A DNA stretch of 64,000 nucleotides from NCBI GenBank assembly GCA_050084985.1, contig JBITNC010000002.1:28520001-28584000 (forward strand), in the 5' to 3' direction. The stretch is from Nageia nagi (lineage: Eukaryota; Plantae; Pinophyta). The translations under genes were made by a program, and so were the position numbers. Below, one piece after another: positions 11,778-24,363 of this stretch. Each line of letters opens with the position of its first letter. Within the stretch, counting starts at the first letter, position 1. Below the pieces are notes generated by a model, which did not search any database, was not told the origin of the DNA, and saw nothing but the letters and a program-made list of their open reading frames with translations.

Positions 11778-12266
11778 TGTTAGAATTTGTAATGAAATAT
11801 TGTGAATATCTAAACTCCTTGTAAATTCAATTAATCACTTAAGGGTATGTAGATACCTTAAGAGATTAATAGAATTCTTTAATATGTAGACTTTGACTTT
11901 ACCAAAGTGGGTAGTTGGTAGGTTGAAGTTTGGTGATAAATTTAATGTAACCCTAACCTTACCCTTGGGTTAAAGGAAGGTTAGGGAGGTGCTCTCAACC
12001 TATAAATAGAGGGCCTCTCCTCATGTAAACATATCTAAGTTTTGAATAAGATTACTCTACTTGGTTGTGTAGGAGAGAGCTAGAGAATAGTTGTAAGAGA
12101 GACATAGATTTGAGAATAAGAGAACTAGTTGTGGATGTACTCCCAAGGAGGGAGGAACCACATTATATTGATGTGTTATCTTGAGTGATTGTGTTATCTT
12201 GTGTACACATGAGTTTCCTAGTCTAAGGTCCTAGAGGATTTGTTTAGATCTAGCTCAAATCCTTCA
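11778..12266 (+). repeat. Copia 3' LTR
   Basis: Same sequence as the 5' LTR; preceded by PPT AAGGGGGAG (11769-11777). Confidence 0.97.
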
Positions 12267-13978
12267 CACATGACCCATTAAACCTCCTATCCTGAGTTAC
12301 ACAATGCAAATACAAAGACAATAAGTAGATATAGTAAAAGATGACCAAACTGGTCCCATTAAAAGTACAATAGGGATATCATAGACATCCATCCTTGGAG
12401 GAGAGCTTTCATCACTTGGGGCATCATCTTGCCTTGTGGACTCAAACATCCAATCAATTGTGCATTTTGGGAGTCATTTGTGCCAGATCTGATCTTTTAA
12501 GCAAGGCATTTAGCCCATTGGGCCATTTTCTGAGTTCTTGAGTTTTGTAGTGAGATGTCCAGCCCTAGGGCATTTTTGGATGATTTTTAAAGAATTGTAT
12601 TTGGTTCCAAATTGCAATTAATTTCAGATCTGATTTTCCTGTGGCAAATAAAAAATTTGTTTTGGTTTGGAATTTGGATATTTTGAGTAAAATTGCATTT
12701 TTACTAATTTGGGACATGACAAATTATATGCGTAGGGAGCTGTTGACACCTAATTTGGCACCCTTTTTGGGCTAGACTAGTTGTCATATGACCCTGACTA
12801 TGTTATGATCAATATGATGTCATATTATATTACAATTGTCACTTATGATACACTTAAGCTGCTTCTCATGTATGATTCTCTTATTTTGTAGGAAGAACCA
12901 CCAATGTCGGTGCTAGCATGCAAAAGGTGCACTCAAGTAATATCCTAAACCTATCCGTAAACATAATTAATTATATATATAATAATACATTGTTCTTTGT
13001 TTTTTCCTATGGTTCCCCAAAGAAATCAACAACTCAAATATAACTACTCTTCTTATGCTTGCAAATGTGATGAAACTAGTGCAAATGCTGATCAATCTCA
13101 ATTTTAATTTGTGCCTATGGGATATTTTGTAGATTATAATCAGAAGAACCATGGTTACTATATTGGGGTGAATGCCAAAATACAAGCATTAATGTGATTT
13201 ATCATAGCTTGATAAATTACATAATTGATAATTGAGATATGTTTCTAGGCAAAGGCTAGTCTCAAATCACCTCTGTTTTTGCAAGATGATATCACCCCCT
13301 CTTTGTAAACTAAATCCAGGATAGTAATTCCTTTTCATGGAAACATACTATTTGGCAATATGCATAAATCTTATGAATGCTAGAAGAATCTCTTTCATAA
13401 GGTCCATTTACCTGGCCAATGTGATGTTGGAAATCAGTAAGCTACCGATATAGACAACAACAAAATGCTCAAGGACCATCAGACATTGAAAAGGACACAA
13501 ATTAACAATTGCACGACCAAGGCCAAAGGGCATCAATAACACTTCCAAGTGTCATTTTTGTCCTAGATTAGGCTTTCATAACCTCCTCTACCTAAATTAG
13601 GATACGATTATAGCTGTGTCTCAGGTCAATCTTACTGCAATATCTTACAGCAAGAACATTCCCAATATATTGTGTATGTGGATATGAGATCTTTTTTATT
13701 GGTATTATCATATTGTATGCAATGTGCATAACAGTCAATACATAAACTAACAAACATAATTCTTGAACACCACCACAAGTGAACTTTTATAGAATGTATA
13801 CCCATTTTAAATAATTTCTTGTATGCCTGTCAAATTTTTCACCTTCCATAATGACTTATGATACAACACCAATGTAGCCCATAGGTCATTATCTAGATGT
13901 GTAGGATATCATGTAATAAGGACACTAATTGTACAGAAAATTAAAATGTAGGCAGCAGAATCAAGAAGCCAAAATTAC

Positions 13979-14146
13979 CTGACTAGCGCAATATGAACCA
14001 CCTCCCCAGTATTTAAAACCCGTGGCTATCAAGGAGACTCCAATCAATATAATAGTAGTCCCTGTAACAATGGGTGGAAATATCCGCTGCAAAATTCTTG
14101 GAGGGCAAAAGGAAACTGCAACCTGTAGCCAACAACAGACAAGAAT
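13979..14146 (-). CDS. Permease exon 6
   Basis: gacag|ATT...CAG|gtaatt; 56 codons including FPPIVTG and YWGGG. A second in-frame acceptor lies 24 nt further in. Confidence 0.9.
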
Positions 14147-17100
14147 CTGTCCTCGAGAATGGTTAGTCTACCGACTTCACTCCAAAAGCTAACAAAAATC
14201 AATTATTCTTCAATGAGGGCAATAAGAATTTAAAGCTTGATATGATAAACAAAAAATGATCCAAAAGAACATGTGTCGTCAAACATGTCCATCCCACAAA
14301 TATATATATCCTACAAATATCAAACTGTTGAATCATTTATGGTGTACCCTTCTCATTTTGTAAAAGAACTGCATGTAATACTTCTTTAATATTATGTATT
14401 CGGACCTGGTTGGTTACTTGTGCAATGAATGTCCAATTTGTAGATAAATCTATGAAAACTGGACTTTGAAAGATAAAAAGATGCATCATATTAGAAGAGG
14501 CTATAATTATTTCATAAAAACCAAATATATGTACCAAATTATATTCTATACTCACAGTACCAAGGATGTGACCATACGCATCTTCTCCTGATAAGCATTT
14601 CCCTTCAAGTTGTTGACTGCATGATTTACATGATCCACTTACAGAACATGATACACCATTACATGTGCATGCAGTCAGCACTGAGATGACCTGGTCAACT
14701 GTAAAGAAGTCCAAGCAATTCATCATCATGGAAACAATATAGTTCAATTGAAGAATCGAAACATAAGAAACTACCAAGTATCAACATCAATGACAGCTTG
14801 TCACACATTACAGTGAGAAAACTGATAGAATAGAACTTGAAAAGTTTCATATGATATTTTCTTTGGCTTACAGAATACTTTGCAATGGATATTACTCTTG
14901 TAACCCAAGCTCTTACTCTCAACAAAGAATTTAGAAATAACTTTTAGACAAAAACAAGAAATTAGGAGAGGAAAAAAAAGAAAATTATTATAACCACAAC
15001 AGACTAAAAGTAGGCGAGTGGGATACAAAGCAAAGTGCCTTAAGGGTGGTCTTCTAGAAAATGAAAATAAGGAAAATTATTATAACCACCACATTTTACT
15101 TTCTAGAAAATGAACATAAGGAAAATGTGGTCTTCTAGATCTTTTCCTTATGTTCATTTTCTAGAAATCTAAGCAAGAAAATATCATATAAAAAAAAGGA
15201 AATGATGTTTTACTTGTTTGTATGAACCCTACAAGAGTCCTGTCAGGAAAGAGACACTAAGTCCTCTATGCTTGTATCTGTAAGGTGAAAATGTGGATGT
15301 TAGGCTGCCTAAATTTATGTGAAGGGATTGTAATGTGAACATGGTAATTGACCATTAGGAGATGGGTCTCCATAAGATGTTTGACTGACCATATAGCCTC
15401 CCTTGAAGATATATTAATTACCCATTGCCCAACTGGTACACATTATTAGATTCCCTCAGTTCATTGAGTATGAAAGCATCCATACTAAGCGTAAAATGCC
15501 ATCTTATTATGTGTCCTGCCTGTGAGTAAGCAATGTGCGATTCTGCAGTGATGTCAACAATAAAAAACTAGAAATTACCAAGTGGTAAACAACACAACAA
15601 ACTATAATTCCTAACAATATTGCACAGGAGAAATAGGTGAATTGATCTTTGATTAGGATTATCCTAGCAAAAACTCAACAGATTGGGCATGAGATAATGT
15701 AGATTGGAAGCCTAAATCTAGAGACAACACATTAATTCAAAACACTGATGTGCTAAGGGTCGAATCCATATGTATAAATGTAAATATATATCAAGAAGAT
15801 GCACTTGAAGAAAACTACAAGCATATGTCCATGAGTAAGAAAAAACATGAGTTCAAATACATATTAATACAAATGTGTGTTTACAACGACATCTCTGTGT
15901 AGAGATGTATAATAGGGCATCTCTCTACAGTGGAGATGTCATCCATCATATATCTCTGTGTAGAAGACAATCGTGTTGTGTATACACAATTAGAAATCTT
16001 ACACTTCTCCCTTTGTTCCTATCTGCTATCCTCACTTCTTACTTTGTTGCCTTTGAGTGCAGCAAACATGGTATTATAAAGGTAGAGATGTGGGATCTAA
16101 GATGTTTGGGCTTTTATAACCATCAGGATGATGGTTGAACTTTCCAATGCTTCTATGTGATGATTGGTTAGGACCACCCCATTGTTAAACAGGACATTGC
16201 CCATGTTGACAAATAGACTATACTGCTTGTGAACACATCACAAGATGACAGATATTGATATTCTTCATGATCTTCATCGATTCTAAGGACAGTTGATATC
16301 CATAATCAAGGTAGGTAGTGATCACTTCCAAGCAAATAATGTCATCATCGTAAGGTGGGTAGAGTCCATCACAGGATTGATCACCAAATGGGTGGTGTCA
16401 TAATCAGATGTGTAAGAGTCATTGCCAGATGAATTGTGCTACTGTCAAGTAGACACAGTTTGTTGACAAACAAGTAGGGACATTATCATCAAGTATGATG
16501 ACTGTCAAGGCCTTTGTCAAGGATTATGGCTAATCATTGAAGATAGTGTTTTTGCAAATTGTGTAAAAGTAATTATCTAGAGGATCATGTGTGTATTGAA
16601 ACTAGATCCTCTCTGATCATAACTCTCCCCTTAGATCATATGTGTGTTGAAATTAGATCCTCTTGGATCATATTTTGGTTACAAGACAATACTGATGCTT
16701 CTCCACTTGTTGGTAGTAATTCAACCAAAGTCCATCTTGATTAGTGATGTGGACTATTGTGTAACAACTCTTCCTAGCCAATAAAGGGTTTCACAATGAT
16801 TGCTTTTGTCACAATACCTAGAGGGATTTGGATTCCAGCAATTGTGTGTTCTTCATGGATTTTTTCACAATAGTATATCCCAATCCAATGTGTTTGGGTC
16901 TCTAGCTTGCCTTCATGGGTTCCTTGATACCTTGGGACACCTTCCCAAATGCTTGACCTAACCAATATCCCATCTTCTTAATTTAGGAATGATTCCTTGC
17001 TCAGCTGGAAGGTGATAAGAATTAAACCTTTACTCCAAGTTCATGTATTCTGCAAACAATTTTATCAATTCTTCATGAAGCTCTTGTGTGGGCTGCTCAT

Positions 17101-20100
17101 TCTTATTGTCCATAAATTTTACCCTCTCAAGAATGGTAACAATATATTGCAATCATTGGAGTTGCAAAGCCTTCAATTCATAATAAACTATCTGAAATAC
17201 TCTTCTTTCTCCAGGATATTTACATAACTCTTGATTTTATTTCCTCAACTAGAACAATCTTGATGGAGAATCTCATTCTCACTTTCAATGGATATTCTTA
17301 TTGTCCATAAATTTTAACCTCTCAAGAATGGTAACAATATATTGCAATTATTGGAGTTGCAAAGCTTTCAATTCATAATAAACTATCTGAAATACTCTTC
17401 TTTCTCCAGGATATTTACAGAACTCTTGATTTTATTTCCTCAACTAGAACAGATCTTGATGGAGAATCTCATTCTCACTTTCAATAGATATTCTTGCCTC
17501 CTTTACAGATAAGCACTATTCTGGTGGAATTAACTAACTTCTTTTCAAATAGAAACTTGATTTCTAGCACTCTATATCATCATCGTACCAGCTTGACAAC
17601 AACACTATATGGGCTTGTTTTGTAGACACCATGTCTCTTCCACATGTATAGTAGGCCAAGAAGAGCATCATAGATATCCAAGGGCGCCACATCATAGAGT
17701 ACCTCATCCTCCAAGGGCTTGATGGCATATGATAGGTGACACTGATGAGTGACCCTTTAAATCTCTTGTCCACTCAACCACTCCAACATATGATTGAGGA
17801 TAGGGCGTGATATGCAGATTCAGCATTTTGACCGCCTCTATGTATATGGTATTCCTTTGACTACCACTAGTGGAGAGGCCACTTCCACCCATGTCTGCGA
17901 ATGAAAGAGGATCTCCTCTTCCAGACACAAACTTGAAATCTTGCAACGGTTGTTGTGGTTGAGGGATGGGTTTCAACTACGTAATCAATTCCTTCAAGGG
18001 CGTCATCTTCCTCTTCCATGGTTGGCTCTTTGTCTTATAGCAACATAATATTAAAAACACCCATCATTTTGGTTATATAAGCTTCCTTGGAATGGGTTCA
18101 AGTCTTGTGGTAATTGAACCACTTCTCATCATCTTCGGGTTGATTCTTTTCCTCCTAGGCATGAATCTTGTCACTCTTCCTCTTGTGCTTAGCCTTTTGT
18201 TACAACTTCTTTGCAAATTAAATTAACCCAATGTATTAAACTCCTTGAGGTCTTGTTTTCTTTCACGGGCCAACACCAACCACTTCAATACTTCAAGATT
18301 TGACTTTCTTTTGTTTGCCAGTTTGGCTGCCAATAGTCGGAAGTTGGTGGTGTACTTGGCAACCATCTCATTTCGCTCTTGATGTAACTACTCCCATGTC
18401 ATTATATCTGGCAACTGAGTAGTACTCTTTTTTTTACCAACATTCATGAGATCGTCCCATGTCATGTATTCCTTATCTTTTCATCATATTGCTTAATCCA
18501 TGCATAACATGCATCCCACAACATCCTTATAGAGATACTTCCCTTCAACATTACAAAAAGAGCATTTTCTCCCTCGGTGAAATTATTCTCGAAAAAAGTA
18601 AGTATTGAACTTCTCTATCCAACTTTCTAGAGAATTAACATCAATTTTACCTTCAAGAACAAGGATTGAATGTCATTGGTCCTCCAAATGGCAATATGCA
18701 ATATTGCATACATTATTCAATAAAAACTCCAACTACTTCTCCTTTTGTTCCAAGTTTGTGTAAATCAAGTTTACATAGGATACACGTTTCCTTCCGTAAA
18801 ATAACCGTCGTCTGAACATTTCTGTTACGTGTTCTTGAAAGCCATCCCAGGAACGGCTAGCCGTCTCTTTCGATTAAACCTAACCCCTAAATCTTCACTT
18901 CCTTCATTTCGTGAAAGAAATTCTCTTCACTCTCTGCAATCGAAATCATATACTTACAGAGGTAATAATAGAAATTGATGGCCATAAGACAACTTCCACC
19001 TCCTTGCTTTTGAAGGTGATGGTCTTTTGTTGCTCGCGTTTTCAGAGTCACTTAACTCTGTCGAGACAGGCGGCTGAAGCACGCAATGCACATTTTGCTT
19101 ACTATAAGTACAGATACACTTTCTTCACATGTCTTCTACTGTGCAGACCTACATCGCCAACAATGCCCGTCCAGGGGACAAATCCTTCATTCACTCATCA
19201 ATCGCATCGGACTTAAATTTGGCCCGTAGACTTATACGTAATGTATGTCAACTGCGGAAGTCTGGCGGACGCCCGCGAAAATTTGACTGTATGACTGCAC
19301 GACACAGGAATATGATAATAATTAATGTTAAATTATAATATTTATAATTTATTAATTTAACTATTATAAATTTTAGATAATTTTAAATTTTAATTACTTA
19401 TAACTTTTAAATAATTAAATTTTTAAATTATTAAAATTTATAATTTAATTAATTATTTATATTTGATAATTAATTATTAATTAAATTTTAATATAATTTA
19501 TAATTATTATAAATTAATTAATTTAAAAATAATAATAAATTTATAATTTTAAATTAATTAATTATAAAAATTATAAATTTATTATTAGTTATTTTTAAAT
19601 TAATTATCAATTACTAAATTAATAATTGATTTATTTGCCTTTCCTTTGACCATCCCCATCACGTTTGTTAAACATGGGTCTCCATCCCCGTTACTCTTAG
19701 ATACATGTCCCTAACACTTATGTAACCTTAGTGTATATCATTATTTTGATTCCTTTCCTCTTCTATGTTGCTTAATATTGGAGATTTGTTGAAATGGTAG
19801 GTAGATATTTTGAGGTTCTTGTAACCCGACCTTGTATGAGTGTTAATACAACTAGAGATGAATTAGGTTGGATACAAAAGATATGATTGGTGAGCTTAAA
19901 TTTAGAGACTACATTAATTTTAAAATATTGATGTATGTAAATATATGTAATGAGGATATGTCATAGAAACAAAGGAAACTTACCAAAACACCCCTCAATG
20001 TTTAAAAATTACCAAAATACCACTCTAAGTTCATGAAATTACCAAAATGCCCTTGACTCTTTAAAAATTACTAAAATAAACTATAAGTTCATGAAAATTA

Positions 20101-23100
20101 TCAAAATACCTTTAAAATTTATGAATTAAAAAATAAAAAATATTTTAATACTCTTATAAAAAACAAAATAATGAAAAAAAATCTTTAAACCTTTTAACAC
20201 TTCATTTAATTCGTTTAAAAAATGTATGTTAATATGATATGATGATCTTTTAAATATATTATAATAATAATATACTTTAAAAGATCATCATATCATATTA
20301 ACATACATTTTTTATTTTATTTATTTATTATTTAAACAATAACATAACTCTCCAATTTTTCCAATTCATATAAGAATTATAGTTATTTCAATTTATATAA
20401 GAATATTTATTTATTTTATTTAAAAAATCATTTTATAAATTTATATTGATCATTTTAAATATATATATATATATAAGTTCTACCGACTATGATTTCATGT
20501 AGTTAAAAAAATTACTAAAAATTTACATTAAAAAAATTTAAATGAAGTGTTAAAGGCTTAACTTTTTTTCATTATTTTATTTTTTATAACAATATTAAAA
20601 TATTTTTTTATTTCTTAATTCATAAATTTTAAAAACATTTTGGTAATTTTCATGAACTTATATAAGAGTATTTTGGTAATTTTTAAAGATTGAGGGCGTT
20701 TTGGTAATTTCATAAACTTTTAAAGGTATTTTGGTAATTTTTAAATATTGATCATTGAAGGATATTTTGGTAATTTTATGAACTTACAATGGTATTTTGG
20801 TAAGTTTCCCTAGAAACAAACTACAATAGACATCCATTGTCAATCCCAAGGGTAGTTGACATCTGTCGTCAACACCAAATGGATAGAGTTCGTTACAAAG
20901 TAGATAGTTTTGCAATCGTCAAACTAGCAAGGATCATCACTAGGTGGATGGTGTCTCTCATCATTAGGCAGGTAGGTGTTCCCATCAGGCATGTAGGAGT
21001 TGTCACCATATTGATGGTTAGGAGGGCAGGGATTGTTGCCAAACAAATAAAGTATTGTCTAAAGGATCAAAACTAATGAAAACAAAGGTCTTTGTTGTGG
21101 ATGATAGCTAACGTTTGGATATGTTTTTTCTTGCAAATTGTGCAAAACTAGTCCGAAGGATCAAATGTTGCTTAAAGAGGATCCTCTCAAATCATGAGAA
21201 GATTTATAACCTTTGCACATTATCAGGGAACCAAGTTCATTTCATCCTACCATTTTGTTAATCATATAGTGAACTTAAGTTGTCATTCCAGAATATTCAT
21301 AACAGCTGGACTGTTCATTAAAAAAAAAAATAGTTAAACTAAGCCTTCGTTTGATTATCATCTTCTATTGGTATGGTAGACAGTGCTTTATTTTCTTTTT
21401 ATGAAAAACTGTTTTAGAGAAAGTCGACATCTTTGTGATGATATTGAATAGAAACAAGGTTGAATGATCCTAGGCCAACAACTACATATACTACATTTAA
21501 TCCACTTATCAACATAAATTCTAATTCTCAAGCGGAATGCACCACCTTAGTATCTCTTCTCTTAGCCCTTCTAGGTTATTTTTGTCTTTTGTACTGATAC
21601 ACTTATTTTTTAGACCCATTGATCTACTTTGGTTGCTCAAGCGCATCAATAAAATTACTTTTGTTATACACAATTATCATAGCACATTATAATATGCCAA
21701 TACTTGCATGTATATTATATACATATCATGTAGGTGGAAGTGTACTATGCTTCTTTTGTGTTGACAAGACGATATACAGAAGCTTACTAAGCAAGTTTCG
21801 TTCATGTTGTTTTGCTTATGGAAAAGGAATTCAAATTCATAACATGTAGACAGAGGCCCATTAGTTGAAGAAAAATAACATGGTTGACTTAGGACCTTGG
21901 AAGCTTGCATAGGAGTTAAGTAAAACCATGACAAGTGACAGATTGCAAGTATGAAGCATTAATTGAGAGACAATCTCTATAGAATTAAAATAAATTTTTA
22001 TAGACATGATGAAGCAATGTATATACCTTGGCACAATTACATCCGATAACAGATAAAGAATCATGATAAACTGCCTTGCAGACATAATGGACATTATAGT
22101 TCTATCTAGCTTCATTGAGTGTTCTCTTCACAATCTCTAATCTATTTTCAATACTATTTTGCAAAAATTTATATCCTCTTGCTTTCTACATGCACACATT
22201 GGAAAAACACTAATTCATTCAACTAACTCAAGAAGACACTATCTTTTAACAACATTCTTGAGAGATTTTACAACCTTGGTTTTTCTGATTTAGAAAATCC
22301 TAGTAGACCAAGAATAAATAAAAAAACGATGGAGAAACAAATAAACAATAAAGAAAGTAATCAAGGTCAATAGTTACTATTAAGGAATATATAGAGGCCT
22401 GCAATGATCAAAGATTTCCACATTAATTATAGTGGTTATCATATATCTAAGGTCCATTCCAAATATATATATGATAAACATGATTTTAGTTCTTTCAAGT
22501 GAAGATGATAGGCTAAAGCAAAGTTTTCATTGTCAGACATGAATGGATATACCATCGTTGAATAGTGTCCTAGTAATCCAATTGATGGTCAATTTTGTCT
22601 AACAACTTCCTAAGCTGAACACAAAATTGCCACGACGATTGTCAGTTAAGATTTTTAAGCTGCCTTTCAGTGATAATTGATTGAATAGGAAATTGCTGTA
22701 GAAGGAAGAAACTTGTACTTATTGAGAATTTTCCTTGATGCTTCCCCAACAGCGAAAAATTTCAAACATTATAAGCAAGCATGAGAATTGTGACCATGCT
22801 ATGCGAATTTAATATATGTGCCACATAACCTGCCTGCGTATAAAATTGAAAAATCTGATATAAAATACATACCAATAGGCACAACTGAAAAGGTAATACC
22901 CATTACAGAGAGCAACCCTGATCCTGCAAATAAAATTACAAGATGGCTTGGATATTTGTGATAAAAGAAAGACTTGAAAACAAGTATGCAAAAGAAAGGC
23001 GAAACAAGGTTTATTCTTTTCAACCGTATATTCTTTAACCAAAACAAATTTTACAAACAGTTCTCACAAATGTACTAAAATGGGTTGCATTATCCTATGA

Positions 23101-24303
23101 TTTGTCCCTTTAACTTTACAACAGGAAAAATATAAATTTTTTGATAATGTTTCATTAAATTGCACAGTAGCGTAATCAATAATAAGCATTGTCCCACAAG
23201 ATACCTAAGCGAAAATGAAATACAAAATTTGATCAGAGGATAAGACTTAAGCATTACCACAAAACATAAGTTACCAAAAACCCAACAAGTATAGCAAGAT
23301 CATCAACAAAAAATATACAAAGGTGAACATAACTTAAGGTATCACTGATTTGGAACTTACACTAGTTTTTCTTTATATAGGTTTAAAATTGACAAACAGA
23401 AAAACTAGCAACAAATGTTTATTTGCTGGAAAGAACTCAAATTTGACAACATAATCCTCAAGAACAAATCTAAAAAGGTGGCGAACATTTATTTTTCATG
23501 AAACACAACGGTACTTTAAATTGTTAATCCAACAGTAGCACTCCAGTATTTGTATGGAATGGATTATAGGTGTCAACTAACCAATCAATGCTCAAGTATT
23601 TTCAAGGGACAAGTTACAAACATCAATGACTTCAATGCTAGCTGATCAAAAACAACCATCGTATATTGACAGGATTACTTACAATTCCTTTTGACATTTG
23701 GTACTCGTTTCTAATGAAGCTTTACTAGATAACTCTTCTTACTTTTTCCAAAGTGCCAAAGGATCACACTCATCCACATTGACAATATACTAAAACTTTA
23801 GATACATACTCATGGCCACAACATTGATAAGTATTCTCCTTAATGGTATGACCCACATGTTGATGCATAGGGAGTTTTATCTAATTCCTCCATTTCTCCC
23901 AACCAAGGGCTCTAAAACCTTCAAATAGGTTTCACTCATTTTCTGAAAAACTAAAATTCGCAACAAAAATCATATTACACTACAACATAGAGCTTGAAAA
24001 ATACACAAAATGAAAAAAAACTAATCAGCTCAAAATGCTTATTGGATGAAACATTTATATCCTCCAAATGTTACACAAGAAAAAGGAAAAACAAGCAAAA
24101 TATCCACAAGAACCCAACAATGTGATACCAAGGAAAATATCCACACGAACCCAACAATGCCCTATCAACACTGAATTTCGACACCCAAACACACAAGCAT
24201 TCAATTGACGAATTCCAATTCACCCCTTGTTTGATACCAACTTATCATAATTATGAAAAATGATGAGTTGCATCAAATTGGACAACACTTACTTTACCAC
24301 TTC

Positions 24304-24363
<60 letters not shown>

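Larger units (their letters stand above)
3395..12266 (+). mobile_element. Full-length Ty1/Copia LTR retrotransposon, very recent insertion
   Basis: 489-bp TG...CA LTRs; 5-bp TSD CACAT (3390-3394 and 12267-12271); PBS; PPT; gag-PR-INT-RT-RH domain order. Confidence 0.98.

Noticed and set aside
372-12721. One large element with inverted LTR-type ends (tataatgtcccc ... gggacatgaca) enclosing the duplicated exon
   Set aside because: The flanks (aagac vs aatta) give no TSD and the internal pieces look chimeric.
12967-13185. Hydrophobic minus-strand ORF as a possible permease exon 7
   Set aside because: No match to the expected continuation (LP(W/F)GS..(Y/F)IGLGF..E.FG.P) and no convincing splice sites.
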